This document shows positions 1-10,961 of a DNA stretch of 64,000 bases, piece after piece. The notes under the pieces are model-generated. The model was not told the origin of the DNA. It saw only the letters and a list, made by a program, of their open reading frames with translations, and searched no databases. Within the stretch, counting starts at the first letter, position 1. Each line of letters starts with the position of its first letter. Source of the stretch: a virus; the IMG/VR virus record IMGVR_UViG_3300027708_001885, positions 1 through 64,000 of that record; one strand, given 5' to 3'. Made by a program: the position numbers and the translations under genes.

Positions 1-586
1 TGGAGAATTTTCTAAGACTAGAACTGATACCCCATTGGTATGGGCCTTCCTGTGTTATGCCATATCCTTTGTATGTTCCTTTTTTGCCTACGAAAGTATC
101 AGGATTGTATTCACCTTCCGCCACACCTTGCTGTTTAGGTTTAACGATTTTATAAGTTTTCTTATCAATCTTGGCACCAGTCATGTCTTCGCCTTGTTCA
201 TGTCGGCGATCTAATTCTCTTTGTGCTGCATCTAAATTATATTCGTGTGCTTTTTGTTGCGGAGTCAATTTATCCCAATTTTCTCCCTCTGACACACCTT
301 GCTCGGCAAATGGTTTACGATGTTTTACATCGCCCTGTTTCTCTGCCTTCTTCTTATCCTTGTGCTGACCAGCACCGCCCATCTTGGCGTTCTTGACTAC
401 AAAGTTACGAGGCTTGGGTGCTTCTTTCTTTTGTTCTTGTGCTAATAAGTTTCCGCGCTTCTGAACTTTGCCTACGCCTCCTGCTACAGATGCAACAGCA
501 CCTGCACTGGTAGCACCGCCGCTGGCAGTTTCTAAAATATAGTGTGTTTCATTAACACCTTTTACTTTTTTAAATTCGTTGTTCAT
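1..586 (-). CDS. Partial probable head-internal protein with QGVSE/QGVAE repeats (runs off window)
   Basis: Open frame from ATG 586 (ATGA overlap with upstream stop), MNNEFKKVKGVNETHYILE..., containing EQGVSEG and QQGVAEG; not in ORF track because the stop lies outside the window. Confidence 0.75.
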   Translation of the reverse strand, partial: MNNEFKKVKGVNETHYILETASGGATSAGAVASVAGGVGKVQKRGNLLAQEQKKEAPKPRNFVVKNAKMGGAGQHKDKKKAEKQGDVKHRKPFAEQGVSEGENWDKLTPQQKAHEYNLDAAQRELDRRHEQGEDMTGAKIDKKTYKIVKPKQQGVAEGEYNPDTFVGKKGTYKGYGITQEGPYQWGISSSLRKFS

Positions 587-957
587 TTTGTTTTATTCCA
601 ATTTGCTATGGGGCTTACCTTATGAGTATCTTCTGGTTCTGAACTCTTGCTCCACGGAGTCACATGTTTGACATCACCTGGAACGGTTTTGTCAGCTTGG
701 CGGAACATGTTGTATTCTTCTTCGGTGTATGGATGTTCGGTGTTGTATTTTTCCATCCAACTATATGCGTCCATATCAACACCCTTGTTCTTATTCTTAC
801 CGTCAGCCATAGCAGTAGCCATCCACTTACGGTTCATATAATTTACACGATCGTATCCACCAACGTCGCGGCTTTTAGTCACACCCTGTTGAACAGCAGC
901 GTGACGCTTTTTCATTTTTCCAACAACAGCTTCACTAATTAATTCATTGATACGCAT
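583..957 (-). CDS. Hypothetical protein with capsid-targeting-like N-terminus
   Basis: Likely start MRINELISE at 957, abutting the dps stop. Confidence 0.7.
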   Translation of the reverse strand: MRINELISEAVVGKMKKRHAAVQQGVTKSRDVGGYDRVNYMNRKWMATAMADGKNKNKGVDMDAYSWMEKYNTEHPYTEEEYNMFRQADKTVPGDVKHVTPWSKSSEPEDTHKVSPIANWNKTK

Positions 958-1400
958 TACATTGATCCTTTTAGACTTGCACGTAGGAACCATGCATGTT
1001 TTCTATGATTGTCCATGCGTTCTGCTAGGAAGTTTGAAAGCCCGTGTTCCCCAGCAGCTTCGGCAGCATCGTAGTTTTTCTTAAGAACAATCTGTATACG
1101 TTCACTATCTTGTAGTAATTCTTGTACCATTTCTTCTTTAGTTGGCACATGATCCTCGTCTTCGATCTTGGTCAACATGCTGAGATTATGATAACTGGTA
1201 GGGATGTAGCCACCTAGCTTACGCACATTTTCTGCGTAGGGATCTATTGCACCGTAAACTTCATTGTAGATTTCCTCAAAAAGTTTATGATATTCGTAGA
1301 AATCACTACCTTCCACGTTCCAATGAAAGCTATGAACTTTCACATAAAAGCTAAAAGTTGTACCAAATCCAATGCGAGTGAGTTGAATTAATTTGTCCAT
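957..1400 (-). CDS. dps: Dps family ferritin-like protein
   Basis: HSFHWNVEG, HKLFEEIY, D..AE.VRKLG, KHAWFL motifs. Confidence 0.92.
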   Translation of the reverse strand: MDKLIQLTRIGFGTTFSFYVKVHSFHWNVEGSDFYEYHKLFEEIYNEVYGAIDPYAENVRKLGGYIPTSYHNLSMLTKIEDEDHVPTKEEMVQELLQDSERIQIVLKKNYDAAEAAGEHGLSNFLAERMDNHRKHAWFLRASLKGSM

Positions 1401-1406
1401 GATATG

Positions 1407-1667
1407 TTATTTATTCTTACCGAACCAGAGTTTAAACCATTCATCTGTGCCAGGTTTAATTCCTTGTTCGCGTTGTATTTGACCTTTGTTGCTACCTACA
1501 ACAGGCTGTCTAAGAGTAGCATTGTATTCTGCTAGACGTGCTTGCCCACCTAATCCACCCATAATGCTGGTTGCTTTTAGGGCGTGTATTGGATCCGCTG
1601 GGTCAAGATAAGCGTCATCGCCGCTGTCCTGTGGAACATCATCTACGGTTATTCGATATTGCTTCAT
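1407..1667 (-). CDS. Hypothetical protein
   Basis: ORF in tight operon; C-terminal IKPGTDEWFKLWF. Confidence 0.7.
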   Translation of the reverse strand: MKQYRITVDDVPQDSGDDAYLDPADPIHALKATSIMGGLGGQARLAEYNATLRQPVVGSNKGQIQREQGIKPGTDEWFKLWFGKNK

Positions 1668-4137
1668 TCATAATAATCTTATTGATAAGATTGTCCATAA
1701 TGTTCTCAACACCTTCGCTAACTGGGACACTTTTAGCATCGTTAGCAAACTGTTTCTTAGTTGCATTGACAATACCACTGAAACGTTTGTCTGCACGTTT
1801 GTAGTCGCCTGCTTTATCAGCAGCAGTTGCATCTGCACTGGCGGCTTTTTTATAACGACCTAACGTATCATTGGATAGTTCTTTTAGGTTGCCCCATTCG
1901 TCTTTGCTAGTACGATCGTTCTTGGCAATCTGTGAGCCCATATACTGACTATCACGTTTCTTATCACCGGCCGCACGTAGTTTAGCAGACATTCCATCTT
2001 TAGGATTGGTCAAGCGTTTAGCTACAGTATCCATGGCATTGCTGCCTGCCTCCGCCACACCTTCTTTTGGTTCTGGTAAGCGTAACTTTTTACGCATTTC
2101 GGGGCTTGTATCTTTTAAACGTTTCTGTTGTTCTTTTTCACGCTGGGCTTTTGCTTCTGGGCTATTTGCTCTTTGTTCGCGGCGGTCACCGCTCGGTGTA
2201 CGATTATCCATTTCTGACAAGTCTTCCGCCACACCTTGCTGATCCAACATACTCGGTAAGCCTTGTGCCTTACGAGCCATATGACGAGCCCAATCTACTT
2301 TTTCATCATCAACCGCATCAACTAACTCGGCCATTTTCTTTGCGATTAGGTCGTGTGCTGTTGATGGCTTATATTTTTTCATATTCAACTTTTTAGCAAC
2401 ATTAAGATAAAGTTGTAAATCATTGCTGTCATCACTGCCATTAAAATCACCCTGAGCAAATTCGTTCAAGCCTTCCGCCACACCTTGCTCTGTTACTTTT
2501 CCTGTATTGCGTAATCTAGATTTTAGTGTGTTCTTTCTATAGTCGCTGTCTTGCTTAAACATCTTACCTGCTTTGGTAATACGACCTATAGGTTCTTTCC
2601 AACGCATTGAGTCGCCATACCCCGAAGAGTGATTCTGGCGTGGAAAATGCATCTTATTTGTGCCTGCTTCTACCTTGTTGGCAACATTATCACCAAACTC
2701 TTGTCGGATCTGATCTAACACTTCATCGGGATCGTAATGATCGTCAACGCCGTATCCGTCGTTGGATGGATCAGTAGCATCTCTATAGGTGTTAATTAGG
2801 TCATCTAATCTTGCTCGCTGATCAGGATCCAAGCCTTCCGCCACACCTTGCTCTTTAATGTTTAGTTGCTTTTTAGTGTATGCCACTGAGTTATCCAATG
2901 CGGCTAAACCTTTTTCTTCAGAGTTCTTGCTCAACCCAGTATCATAAAGTTCATCACCGTTATAGATCCGAACCTGCCAACCCATTCCAGTATTGACCAA
3001 ATCGTGTCTGAAGTTTCCTACCTTGACTGATTTGACTACATTCATGCCCGAGCCTTCCGCCACACCTTGCTCTCTAATTTTTAACTGGTCAGCAGGATTG
3101 CCACCACCAAACATATTACCAAAAGCATCACGTGCTCTTTGTTGAGTTTGTTTTTGCTGTTCCTTGCGGTCTGCGGTTTTTTGTTTGTTAGTTCCCTGCT
3201 TGATAGTTGTCATCATCTTGTCAAACGGTTTATCACCAGTGACCTCTGCCACACCTTTCTGAACCATCTTTTTACCAGTGCGTGGATCTACTCTTTGTGA
3301 GTCTTTAAATGCCTTGCTAAGGATATCGGTAGCTGCTGTAGTTGCTTGTTTGGCAGTAATTCCTTTAGCAGTATATTGCTTCTTACCAGCATCCGGATCT
3401 TTCTTGTCTCTAGAACCGTATGTGCCGTGACTTACATGTCCGTCACGTCCCGGAGGAGTTTGTGATTTGTCCATTTCTTTTAAACCTTTCTTTGGCTTGA
3501 CCATTGCCTGCATACGCTGTTTGGCCTTCATCATTAGATCTCGAACTTCGTCGTCTCCAATCTCTGGACTCATTGCGTCACGCCAAACTTGGAATTGTTC
3601 TTGCTCACTTTTGCTAGGATCCATTAATACGGCTCGCATTGGTGTAGCTCGTGGTCCTTCTTCCCCTGCACTAGGATCTCCTGTTTCTTGACGACTTATG
3701 ACGTCTAAATTGTCAAAACTGTATAGAATATTGCCTGATTTGTCTGGTTTATTGTTATAATTCTTCAGGTATTGAAAGGCCTTAACTTGATCAGCACCTA
3801 GCACTACTGTGACACTTGTATAACCTTGTTGATTTAAATTGGCCAATACGCGAGTTAGATCCGGAATCTCATCTGTAGCAGGTTGGAAAATGTGTCCGCT
3901 TTGTGGAAATACTTTCTTGTAGATTGCTATCTTTTCATCTGGAGTAATTGGATCATCTTTTCCCACGGTCTTACTAACAACAAAGTAAGGATCGCCACCT
4001 ACTTTACTTGCCTGTGTAATAACACTACTGGCCAACATCATATGTCCTTTGTGGCCCATACCTCTGCCCCAACCAACAACGGCTGTCTTGCCTTGTCCTG
4101 TTCGTTGTATAGCTTCGAAAATATTTCTTAAAAACAT
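1639..4137 (-). CDS. HxGH-type (cytidylyltransferase-like) nucleotidyltransferase domain fused to a modular QGVAE-repeat tail
   Basis: Likely start MFLRNIFE at 4137; GHKGH motif, VVLGADQV; six GVAE repeats in the C-terminal two thirds. Confidence 0.75.
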   Translation of the reverse strand: MFLRNIFEAIQRTGQGKTAVVGWGRGMGHKGHMMLASSVITQASKVGGDPYFVVSKTVGKDDPITPDEKIAIYKKVFPQSGHIFQPATDEIPDLTRVLANLNQQGYTSVTVVLGADQVKAFQYLKNYNNKPDKSGNILYSFDNLDVISRQETGDPSAGEEGPRATPMRAVLMDPSKSEQEQFQVWRDAMSPEIGDDEVRDLMMKAKQRMQAMVKPKKGLKEMDKSQTPPGRDGHVSHGTYGSRDKKDPDAGKKQYTAKGITAKQATTAATDILSKAFKDSQRVDPRTGKKMVQKGVAEVTGDKPFDKMMTTIKQGTNKQKTADRKEQQKQTQQRARDAFGNMFGGGNPADQLKIREQGVAEGSGMNVVKSVKVGNFRHDLVNTGMGWQVRIYNGDELYDTGLSKNSEEKGLAALDNSVAYTKKQLNIKEQGVAEGLDPDQRARLDDLINTYRDATDPSNDGYGVDDHYDPDEVLDQIRQEFGDNVANKVEAGTNKMHFPRQNHSSGYGDSMRWKEPIGRITKAGKMFKQDSDYRKNTLKSRLRNTGKVTEQGVAEGLNEFAQGDFNGSDDSNDLQLYLNVAKKLNMKKYKPSTAHDLIAKKMAELVDAVDDEKVDWARHMARKAQGLPSMLDQQGVAEDLSEMDNRTPSGDRREQRANSPEAKAQREKEQQKRLKDTSPEMRKKLRLPEPKEGVAEAGSNAMDTVAKRLTNPKDGMSAKLRAAGDKKRDSQYMGSQIAKNDRTSKDEWGNLKELSNDTLGRYKKAASADATAADKAGDYKRADKRFSGIVNATKKQFANDAKSVPVSEGVENIMDNLINKIIMNEAISNNRR
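2051..3257 (-). repeat. In-frame dispersed direct repeats GAGCAAGGTGTGGCGGAAGGCTTG (EQGVAEGL)
   Basis: Identical 24-mers at 2467-2490 and 2830-2853; near-identical copies at 3051-3072, 2223-2241, 2051-2063, 3248-3257, also 114-133 and about 288-304. Confidence 0.9.
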
Positions 4138-4138
4138 A

Positions 4139-5281
4139 TTAGTCTCTTCTTGGTGCCCAATTGGCTTGGTCGATTGCTTTGACAAACTGTCCAGGTAGAT
4201 CACGCTTGAATTGCGTACCTGGGTGTGCCTGTACATAACCTTCTGGTTTGGTTTGACGGATACCACCGTGTGTGCCTGCACTTAGTTTGGTAATCAATTG
4301 TAACTTTTCTTTACTTAACATATCTACAGATTGTAGAACAGCGTTAAGTCCTTTCTGATCAGCAAGGATCTTCTGTGCCTGACCTGCACTTACATTGGCT
4401 GTGACCCATTCTTGGAACTTGTCAGCAACACCCGGTATGCGTAGATTTTGATTATAGAATTTATATAAGATATCTCCGGGCTTGCTTAATCCGGGCTTTG
4501 GTGCTAGGAACGCATCAATTGCGGCAGCATTGGCAGTGATAAATTGCTCAGCTTTCTTTAGGCCTGCATCTTCAACACCTGGTGCTTTCTCAACATAGGT
4601 TGTACCCTGTACAATAACATCTGGTGTGCTCAATGCTTCTGCGTTGGGATACCGTCCTTCTTCACCGCTACCCAGACCATCGTAGTATCCTGTGACAGCG
4701 ACCATAACTTTGGCTTTGGCAATACGTTTGCCCAACTCACTACCTACTGGAATATGAAATGCTGTGATGTTAGGAGTAAAATCGTATTCCTGTGTGCTGG
4801 GATTCATTTGTGCAGGCTTACTGGGATAGAATAGTAATCCACCTTCAACATAACCTTTTTGTGGGCTTACCTTTTCAAAGTAAGGCCATAGGCTCATCAT
4901 TTCTTCAGCATAGGCTTGACGTTGTGGTGCCTGTTCAGGAGTTGCTTTACCTGTGCCCATGATAAAGTTTTTAATATCTTCCGGGCTGTACATTGCTGCT
5001 GGAACGCCTGGTGCTACTTCAGTTTTACCACGCTTGAGATATTCCCAAGCATTCTTTGGTATCATGCTAAAGCGACCTTGCTCGTCCTTGCCCCAATACA
5101 TTACTGGACTACCGTCCCATTTTAATTCAATGGTACTGCCCTGTGTGCCCATACTTTGTAATCGCTCAACGGCGTGTAATCCACCATTGCTGCCGTTGGT
5201 AAAGACCAAATCTTCGATGTGTTGGTACTTGCGACCCACTGTAGGGGCTGCTGCTTCGGACAATAGTTCAGTTATTTTCAT
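4139..5281 (-). CDS. Ligase-like covalent nucleotidyltransferase-fold protein
   Basis: KWDG (motif I KxDG), EGYV (motif IV-like) and downstream Lys; N-terminus MKITELLSE. Confidence 0.6.
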   Translation of the reverse strand: MKITELLSEAAAPTVGRKYQHIEDLVFTNGSNGGLHAVERLQSMGTQGSTIELKWDGSPVMYWGKDEQGRFSMIPKNAWEYLKRGKTEVAPGVPAAMYSPEDIKNFIMGTGKATPEQAPQRQAYAEEMMSLWPYFEKVSPQKGYVEGGLLFYPSKPAQMNPSTQEYDFTPNITAFHIPVGSELGKRIAKAKVMVAVTGYYDGLGSGEEGRYPNAEALSTPDVIVQGTTYVEKAPGVEDAGLKKAEQFITANAAAIDAFLAPKPGLSKPGDILYKFYNQNLRIPGVADKFQEWVTANVSAGQAQKILADQKGLNAVLQSVDMLSKEKLQLITKLSAGTHGGIRQTKPEGYVQAHPGTQFKRDLPGQFVKAIDQANWAPRRD

Positions 5282-6009
5282 ACGATATGGTCTAACATGA
5301 ATCTAAACCATTCACGCGAGCCTTCTTTTAGGTCAGCACCAGGAAAGTATTTGTCTCTGATAGCTGTATATTTTTCTGGATACTGTTTCAATGCGGCTAG
5401 AACACGTTGTGGATTGCCCATATCGGCTGCTGTGGCAGTTGGTCCAATAATAGTCTTGGCAATCTCATCCTTGTTAGCAGTAATAAGTTCTTTGGTTGTA
5501 CGATCAACAAGACCTTTATAAGGACTCATCATCATACTGGGGTGTTCTGGGCTTGAGCTCATGTTGGCTAGGTCAGCCCACATACCATGTAGTGTGCCAC
5601 CCTTCATTTGAGGATCAGTATAGTCATGTGTGTGCAGTGGTTGAGCAGCGGCTGCATTTTCCACAGCCATTAAATCTACCTGTACTACATCTTGTGTAGA
5701 GCCAATTGGAATACCAACGTGGATACTAACACCTGTACGAGCAGCATACAGCCCTTTGCTTTTAAAGTAATCTTCTAAAGCCTTGCGTGATAGTTTTAAT
5801 TCTTTAGCGGGAAATGCCTTCATTAATTCTGCGGCATCGATCAGTGCATCAATATCGCTACTGACTTCTTTGTGTCCTGCTGATCCAATAGGATATGTAT
5901 TCACTCCTGGAGGAAGAATCTTTTTTAAGTTGGCCATTACTAAAGGAAAATTTGCCTTTTGTAATTCGACTGCACCTGGGATTACATTACCGCCTTCATT
6001 TAATTGCAT
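5278..6009 (-). CDS. Pol-beta superfamily nucleotidyltransferase
   Basis: IGSAG..SSDIDAL..VQVDLM = GS, DxD and third Asp. Confidence 0.7.
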   Translation of the reverse strand: MQLNEGGNVIPGAVELQKANFPLVMANLKKILPPGVNTYPIGSAGHKEVSSDIDALIDAAELMKAFPAKELKLSRKALEDYFKSKGLYAARTGVSIHVGIPIGSTQDVVQVDLMAVENAAAAQPLHTHDYTDPQMKGGTLHGMWADLANMSSSPEHPSMMMSPYKGLVDRTTKELITANKDEIAKTIIGPTATAADMGNPQRVLAALKQYPEKYTAIRDKYFPGADLKEGSREWFRFMLDHIV

Positions 6010-6013
6010 TTTA

Positions 6014-6376
6014 TTATCCTAACTTATAATTTCCGTTTCTAATATCATCAAAGTAATGATCGTGTAGTCTTTCGCACATGCCTTCTCTTAATTCTGCAGG
6101 AAACAACTTACCTAATTTGCCATTTAATTTTTTTTCAGAGTAGAATTCTTTGCATCCTTTATTGACCATGGGCATGTATAATTCTAATACCATTTCACGA
6201 CCACACTCTTTTAGACTCTTTAATTTTTTAGCAATGGTAAAGAAATAGTCTTTGTGCAGTTTATCGTGATCGATGATGTACCAGAACAATTCGTCGTCAA
6301 GTTTTTCCATAGACTTATCGTCTTTTTTGCCCTTGTTAGGGTCCATGGGCTTGTTAAAAAATTCTAGTAGTTTCAT
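6014..6376 (-). CDS. Hypothetical protein
   Basis: ORF with TAAATA just upstream; N-terminus MKLLEFF. Confidence 0.7.
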   Translation of the reverse strand: MKLLEFFNKPMDPNKGKKDDKSMEKLDDELFWYIIDHDKLHKDYFFTIAKKLKSLKECGREMVLELYMPMVNKGCKEFYSEKKLNGKLGKLFPAELREGMCERLHDHYFDDIRNGNYKLG

Positions 6377-6406
6377 AGTGATATTTATTTAAGTTTGTTC
6401 TCTAGG

Positions 6407-6661
6407 TTATTCAATGTAATATCCACAGCCTCTAGGGAGCTGTACAATCATTGGCGATAAACTGATAGGAAATGTTCGGCATCCATCGTATCTATCTTCG
6501 TAAATTTTACATAATCCTGTAGCTGTAGCATAGTGTTCGCAAAATGTTTCTATATAGGTTTCATGATCGCTGTATGTTCTTATTCTACAACATCCTCCAT
6601 TACATGATAACCCTCCGGTACATTGTCCTTTAATTTCTTTTTCTAACCAAATAGTTTTCAC
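6407..6661 (-). CDS. YkgJ-like cysteine-cluster protein
   Basis: C..C..CC, CKIYEDR..CRTFP pattern. Confidence 0.65.
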   Translation of the reverse strand: MKTIWLEKEIKGQCTGGLSCNGGCCRIRTYSDHETYIETFCEHYATATGLCKIYEDRYDGCRTFPISLSPMIVQLPRGCGYYIE

Positions 6662-6663
6662 TA

Positions 6664-9600
6664 TTAAACCCAGGCAAAATAATTAACATTGATTGCTGCC
6701 TGATCAATACCACCACCGGTTAAGTTCATTACTTGTATTGTTGCCGAATTGGTAGCACTTGCCCAAGCTGCTGTAACTATTAATCCAAACGTCATAGCCG
6801 CCGCCGGTTGAATAATAATATGATGATTTGTAGTCAGTCCTGGTATTAGAAATGTCTGACTTGATGCAGCGTTTTTACCCACGTTTGCAAAATCAATTGA
6901 TATACTACCTTGTACAATACTTGTGACACCGATAAGGGACACTGCTTGAGTCATCAATGTAGCAGTATTAATACTAACAGTCACAGCACCAGTTGATGTT
7001 GATATAACTGTGCCTGTACCTGCTAATATGCTAGTAACACCATTTACACCTGTCGGCCCGCTTGGTCCTTGTGGACCAGAAACTGTGCTTGCAGCACCTG
7101 TAGGTCCTTGTGGTCCAACTGCACCAGTATTACCAATTACGCCTTGTGGTCCTTGTGGTCCAACTGCACCAGTATTACCAATTACGCCTTGTGGTCCTTG
7201 TGGTCCAGTATTACCTGTAGGTCCTTGTGGTCCAGTATTACCTGTAGGTCCTTGTGGTCCAGTATTACCTGTAGGTCCTTGTGGCCCAACTGCACCAGTA
7301 TTACCTGTAGGTCCTTGTGGTCCTTGTGGTCCAGTATTACCTGTAGGTCCTTGTGGCCCAACTGCACCAGTATTACCTGTAGGTCCTTGTGGTCCTTGTG
7401 GTCCAGTATTACCTGTAGGTCCTTGTGGCCCTTGTGGCCCATAGCTTCCGTCAATCCATACAACAACACCGTCTGTTGATGTACTAACGTGTGTACCGGT
7501 GCCAGCAACAATACTTGTGACACCCAAATTATCAATTCTTGTACTACCGCCTAAACTTGGGCTTGCTACACTAACTCCAATCCCGTTACCAGCAGTAAAT
7601 GTTATTTGATTAAATGCTAGTTTGTTATTGGCAATATTACCGGCCAACATATTGTTTGTAACTGTTCCGGTGTCGGTATTATAAATTCCATTAGTTACCG
7701 TGGTAGCCAATGCTACTGCACCGGTGATCTTACTACCTGCCAGTGATCCAATCCAAACAGGGTTGTTATAAGTTTGATTACTATAAACACCGTTGGTCAC
7801 TGACCCAGCATTACCACTAACATTGCCTGTTACATTGCCAGTGACTGCACCCGTTAGTGGTCCATAAAATCTAGAACTGGTCACTGTGTTTGCAACATTT
7901 AACCCTGTGCTATCAATAGTAGCACGTATTGAACCGGCATCAGTTTGATCTCCAGTAAAGAATACAATTTCATCTTTAGTAGTACCGACAGCTAAATTAC
8001 CGCTGTTAACATATAGATATCCGTCGCTGGCACCGTTTATGTTCCAATTTGTAGGGTCATAGTAGTGACTACTATTGATACCCATATCAATGTAGTAAGT
8101 AGTGTCTGTGCCAATTTCATTTGTGGCTACAAAATCTGTACTTGCAAATGTGCTGGAACTATGATTTTGGAATATTATTTGACTATAACTGTCAGTCTTA
8201 CTATCAATCTGTATTTCGGCGGTTGGATAATCACCAATAATATTACTATTACCAAAGTGAGCACTGTCTGCTACTACAAGACTATTAATAGTGGCCGTTG
8301 TAGTTACCTGTAGTTTTTGTGTGTTGATGCCACTACCATCAAAATCCCAATAATTATCTGTCCTATTCCATAGTATTGAAGTTCGACCTGTAGCAGTACT
8401 ACCTAATATTATACCGCCTCCATCTAATTGACTTATACTAGTAGCAGAAGATCCCAATAGTAAAGTTGTACCTTCTACCGTATTTGGAACTAAGATTGTG
8501 GCTGTCCCTACAAAATTTAATTGTCCGTTGATATTAACATCATTAAATGTTACATTACTTGTAGGAGCAATATCTTGAGGTAATGTAAGTGTAATGTGAC
8601 CACTAGTGGCTGTAGTATTTCCAACAGTATTAATATATACTTGATTGGTAGTTCCCGCAACAGATATTACTCCAGTATTATTAAGTGAGGCAGCACCTGG
8701 ACCACTTGTGCCACTTAATCCATCTGTATTAATAATAATGGATGTTACTGCACCGCTGCCTAAATTATTAATCAAACTAACATCAACTGTGCCAGTCCAG
8801 GCTGTGGTTTGACGAGTACGATCATAGAACGTTATTCCACCCGTAGCATTGCCATCAAAGTCTATACCCCGATCGTTGAATACAGTACTGGTTGTGATTA
8901 TGTTAGAGTCATTTGGGGTAGTTTGTATTATTACCTGTGTGCCAGCGTGTGCATTGGTAAAGTCTTGTGAGGCCTGGATACTAATACGACCAATACTTTG
9001 CACATATTGGTTATCTCCATACCCTTGAGTGGCCAGCCTAAACAATACATCATTTGCCTTGGTCGCAGTTGGTGCTTGAACAGTACCACGTGCAGCACGA
9101 CCTGCGATAACAGGATAAGCACCAGTACCAAACGAATCAATACTAACTCGAGTACTAACACCGTTCTGCCCAGTAATTTGTAGCATAGTACCAGTAAAGT
9201 TTCGGTCCTGTTGTAGGCCTGCGGCATTACCAATAATGCTCAATGCTGATTCTGATACAGAAATGCTCTGCTTTGGATATATACTAACCAATCCAGATCT
9301 ATCAATTTCAAATACCTTATTGCCACTGCTTCCTGTCATCTTCACAGGACGGTTAAAGTTAACAAAACCTGTGGCAGTTGTTGTTCCTATAATAATCTCA
9401 CGAGCAGGATTGGCAATTTTAATCTGATTATCAACAAAGGTAAATTCACCAACTGTTAATCCAGCAGCACCTAATATAGTGAACTGTCCATTACGGGCAG
9501 TAATGGCAGTGTCAGCATTGGTAATTTCGTCTTGGAGATAGATAGTACCACCACCCATCCATAGGTGTTTGAATCTGTTGATAGGTGATCCTAAACTGCT

Positions 9601-10500
9601 ACCATATTGGCCGTATGGTATTAGGTCATTGTGTATAATGGTATTTCTATCGCCGCCCGGCTTTAGTACTAGATCTATACCATCAGTGCTTTCGATAGTT
9701 AACGCATCATTAACTAAAGGTCTTGCCACTGTTATAGTCACAGGAGGAGCAGGCAACAATACTCTTGAAAAATCGCAGTCTAATATCAATACATTGGAGA
9801 ATGTTCCAGTGCCGGCATATTTGATCGTAGTAGGTACAGGGAATCCAGCACCTGCTAGAATATCACCTTGGAATAATGGTACAGGTGGAGTTACTTCTAA
9901 CCGAATTACCACGTATGGAGCATTGTAAGGATTGGCATTATCGTATGTACCAGCGGCAATATAATCAGTGCTGGTAGTACTGTGAGTTAATACTTGTTGA
10001 AGATTTATATCTGCCAAACTAGCAACTACACTGGCAGTATTGTTGAATACCAAACTACCTCTTGGTAGATTTAATTTGCCATCGGCGGCGACATATATAG
10101 ATACAGTACCACTTGAGATGCGGTCGGTGTGTACTACCGGTAATGTAGAAGTTGTTAGGTACCCTTGAGTAGTGACAAATGTTTTGGTAGCATAATTAGT
10201 TAGACTATTGGCTATTGATGTGTTAACGGTAGCAGTTGTTGTATAACCTTGGCCGGTGACAAATGTTTTGGTAGCATATTCAGTATCGTTATCGTTGGGC
10301 AAATATGCTGATAAAGTACTAGATGTTAGATATCCTATATCATTATTAAATGCACTTATATTAGTTGGTACCGTGAGAATAGTGTTTGTTGCTGAATAGA
10401 CTTCGTCAAAATTTGCATTGACTTTTATAAAAGCACTTCGGAGACTTTCGCCGTCTCCTGTTAATTCTGCTGACCCTACATTGATAATCTGTTTTGACAT
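6664..10500 (-). CDS. Tail fibre / baseplate-attached fibre with collagen-like region
   Basis: N-terminal [21 protein letters not shown] (T4 gp9/gp10-like attachment motif), Thr/Gly-rich beta repeats, Gly-X-Y run. Confidence 0.85.
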   Translation of the reverse strand: MSKQIINVGSAELTGDGESLRSAFIKVNANFDEVYSATNTILTVPTNISAFNNDIGYLTSSTLSAYLPNDNDTEYATKTFVTGQGYTTTATVNTSIANSLTNYATKTFVTTQGYLTTSTLPVVHTDRISSGTVSIYVAADGKLNLPRGSLVFNNTASVVASLADINLQQVLTHSTTSTDYIAAGTYDNANPYNAPYVVIRLEVTPPVPLFQGDILAGAGFPVPTTIKYAGTGTFSNVLILDCDFSRVLLPAPPVTITVARPLVNDALTIESTDGIDLVLKPGGDRNTIIHNDLIPYGQYGSSLGSPINRFKHLWMGGGTIYLQDEITNADTAITARNGQFTILGAAGLTVGEFTFVDNQIKIANPAREIIIGTTTATGFVNFNRPVKMTGSSGNKVFEIDRSGLVSIYPKQSISVSESALSIIGNAAGLQQDRNFTGTMLQITGQNGVSTRVSIDSFGTGAYPVIAGRAARGTVQAPTATKANDVLFRLATQGYGDNQYVQSIGRISIQASQDFTNAHAGTQVIIQTTPNDSNIITTSTVFNDRGIDFDGNATGGITFYDRTRQTTAWTGTVDVSLINNLGSGAVTSIIINTDGLSGTSGPGAASLNNTGVISVAGTTNQVYINTVGNTTATSGHITLTLPQDIAPTSNVTFNDVNINGQLNFVGTATILVPNTVEGTTLLLGSSATSISQLDGGGIILGSTATGRTSILWNRTDNYWDFDGSGINTQKLQVTTTATINSLVVADSAHFGNSNIIGDYPTAEIQIDSKTDSYSQIIFQNHSSSTFASTDFVATNEIGTDTTYYIDMGINSSHYYDPTNWNINGASDGYLYVNSGNLAVGTTKDEIVFFTGDQTDAGSIRATIDSTGLNVANTVTSSRFYGPLTGAVTGNVTGNVSGNAGSVTNGVYSNQTYNNPVWIGSLAGSKITGAVALATTVTNGIYNTDTGTVTNNMLAGNIANNKLAFNQITFTAGNGIGVSVASPSLGGSTRIDNLGVTSIVAGTGTHVSTSTDGVVVWIDGSYGPQGPQGPTGNTGPQGPQGPTGNTGAVGPQGPTGNTGPQGPQGPTGNTGAVGPQGPTGNTGPQGPTGNTGPQGPTGNTGPQGPQGVIGNTGAVGPQGPQGVIGNTGAVGPQGPTGAASTVSGPQGPSGPTGVNGVTSILAGTGTVISTSTGAVTVSINTATLMTQAVSLIGVTSIVQGSISIDFANVGKNAASSQTFLIPGLTTNHHIIIQPAAAMTFGLIVTAAWASATNSATIQVMNLTGGGIDQAAINVNYFAWV
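7052..7440 (-). repeat. Collagen-like GPQGPTGNT coding tandem repeats
   Basis: 9/18/27-nt periodic repeats in frame. Confidence 0.95.
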
Positions 10501-10510
10501 AGTGCTCCTG

Positions 10511-10951
10511 TTATCTGTTTATGCTGATAGTGTGTACTACGCCTTCTGTGAAATCGCTGATACAACCGCGAAGCCACACAAAATTACCGGTGAAATTATA
10601 CGATTGTATAGTAGTTGTTCTAGAAGTGTAATTGGTAGATGTTGTTCCACTAGCCCTAATAAGGCCTGTAGTATCTACTGAAAGGTTGTTGCTAGGAGGA
10701 ATGAGTTTGACATTGACCCAGTCTCCATCTTGCGGATCTGCAGCCAGTGCTCCCTGTACTGCAACTTTCCCCACAAAATTTGAAACGCTCCAAAAAACGG
10801 TATGAAAACCGTCGCTATTTCCGAAGTACCCGTCGCCCTTTGTTTTTTCGCTAATGTAGCTTAGTGCGGTGGTACCGGAGTTAGGGTAACTTACTTGTAC
10901 TGTGTTACCATTATTGATTTTAAAAACAAGATTTTGACTTAGTGCTGGCAT
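10511..10951 (-). CDS. Hypothetical, probably virion protein
   Basis: Beta-rich ORF with TAAATA upstream, ahead of tail fibre. Confidence 0.65.
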   Translation of the reverse strand: MPALSQNLVFKINNGNTVQVSYPNSGTTALSYISEKTKGDGYFGNSDGFHTVFWSVSNFVGKVAVQGALAADPQDGDWVNVKLIPPSNNLSVDTTGLIRASGTTSTNYTSRTTTIQSYNFTGNFVWLRGCISDFTEGVVHTISINR

Positions 10952-10961
10952 AATATGTTAT

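Noticed and set aside
114-3257. CRISPR array from the 24-nt direct repeats
   Set aside because: Spacing is 170-360 nt and irregular, repeats are in frame in long ORFs, and there are no cas genes
4138-4281. N-terminal extension of the 880-aa ORF
   Set aside because: Overlaps the upstream gene; MFLRNIFE at 4137 abuts its stop and fits neighbouring N-termini
7010-7535. Repetitive ORFs on other frames (GPCGP, LWS, HKD repeats), also 25746-26061
   Set aside because: Shadows of collagen-like codon repeats in the tail fibres
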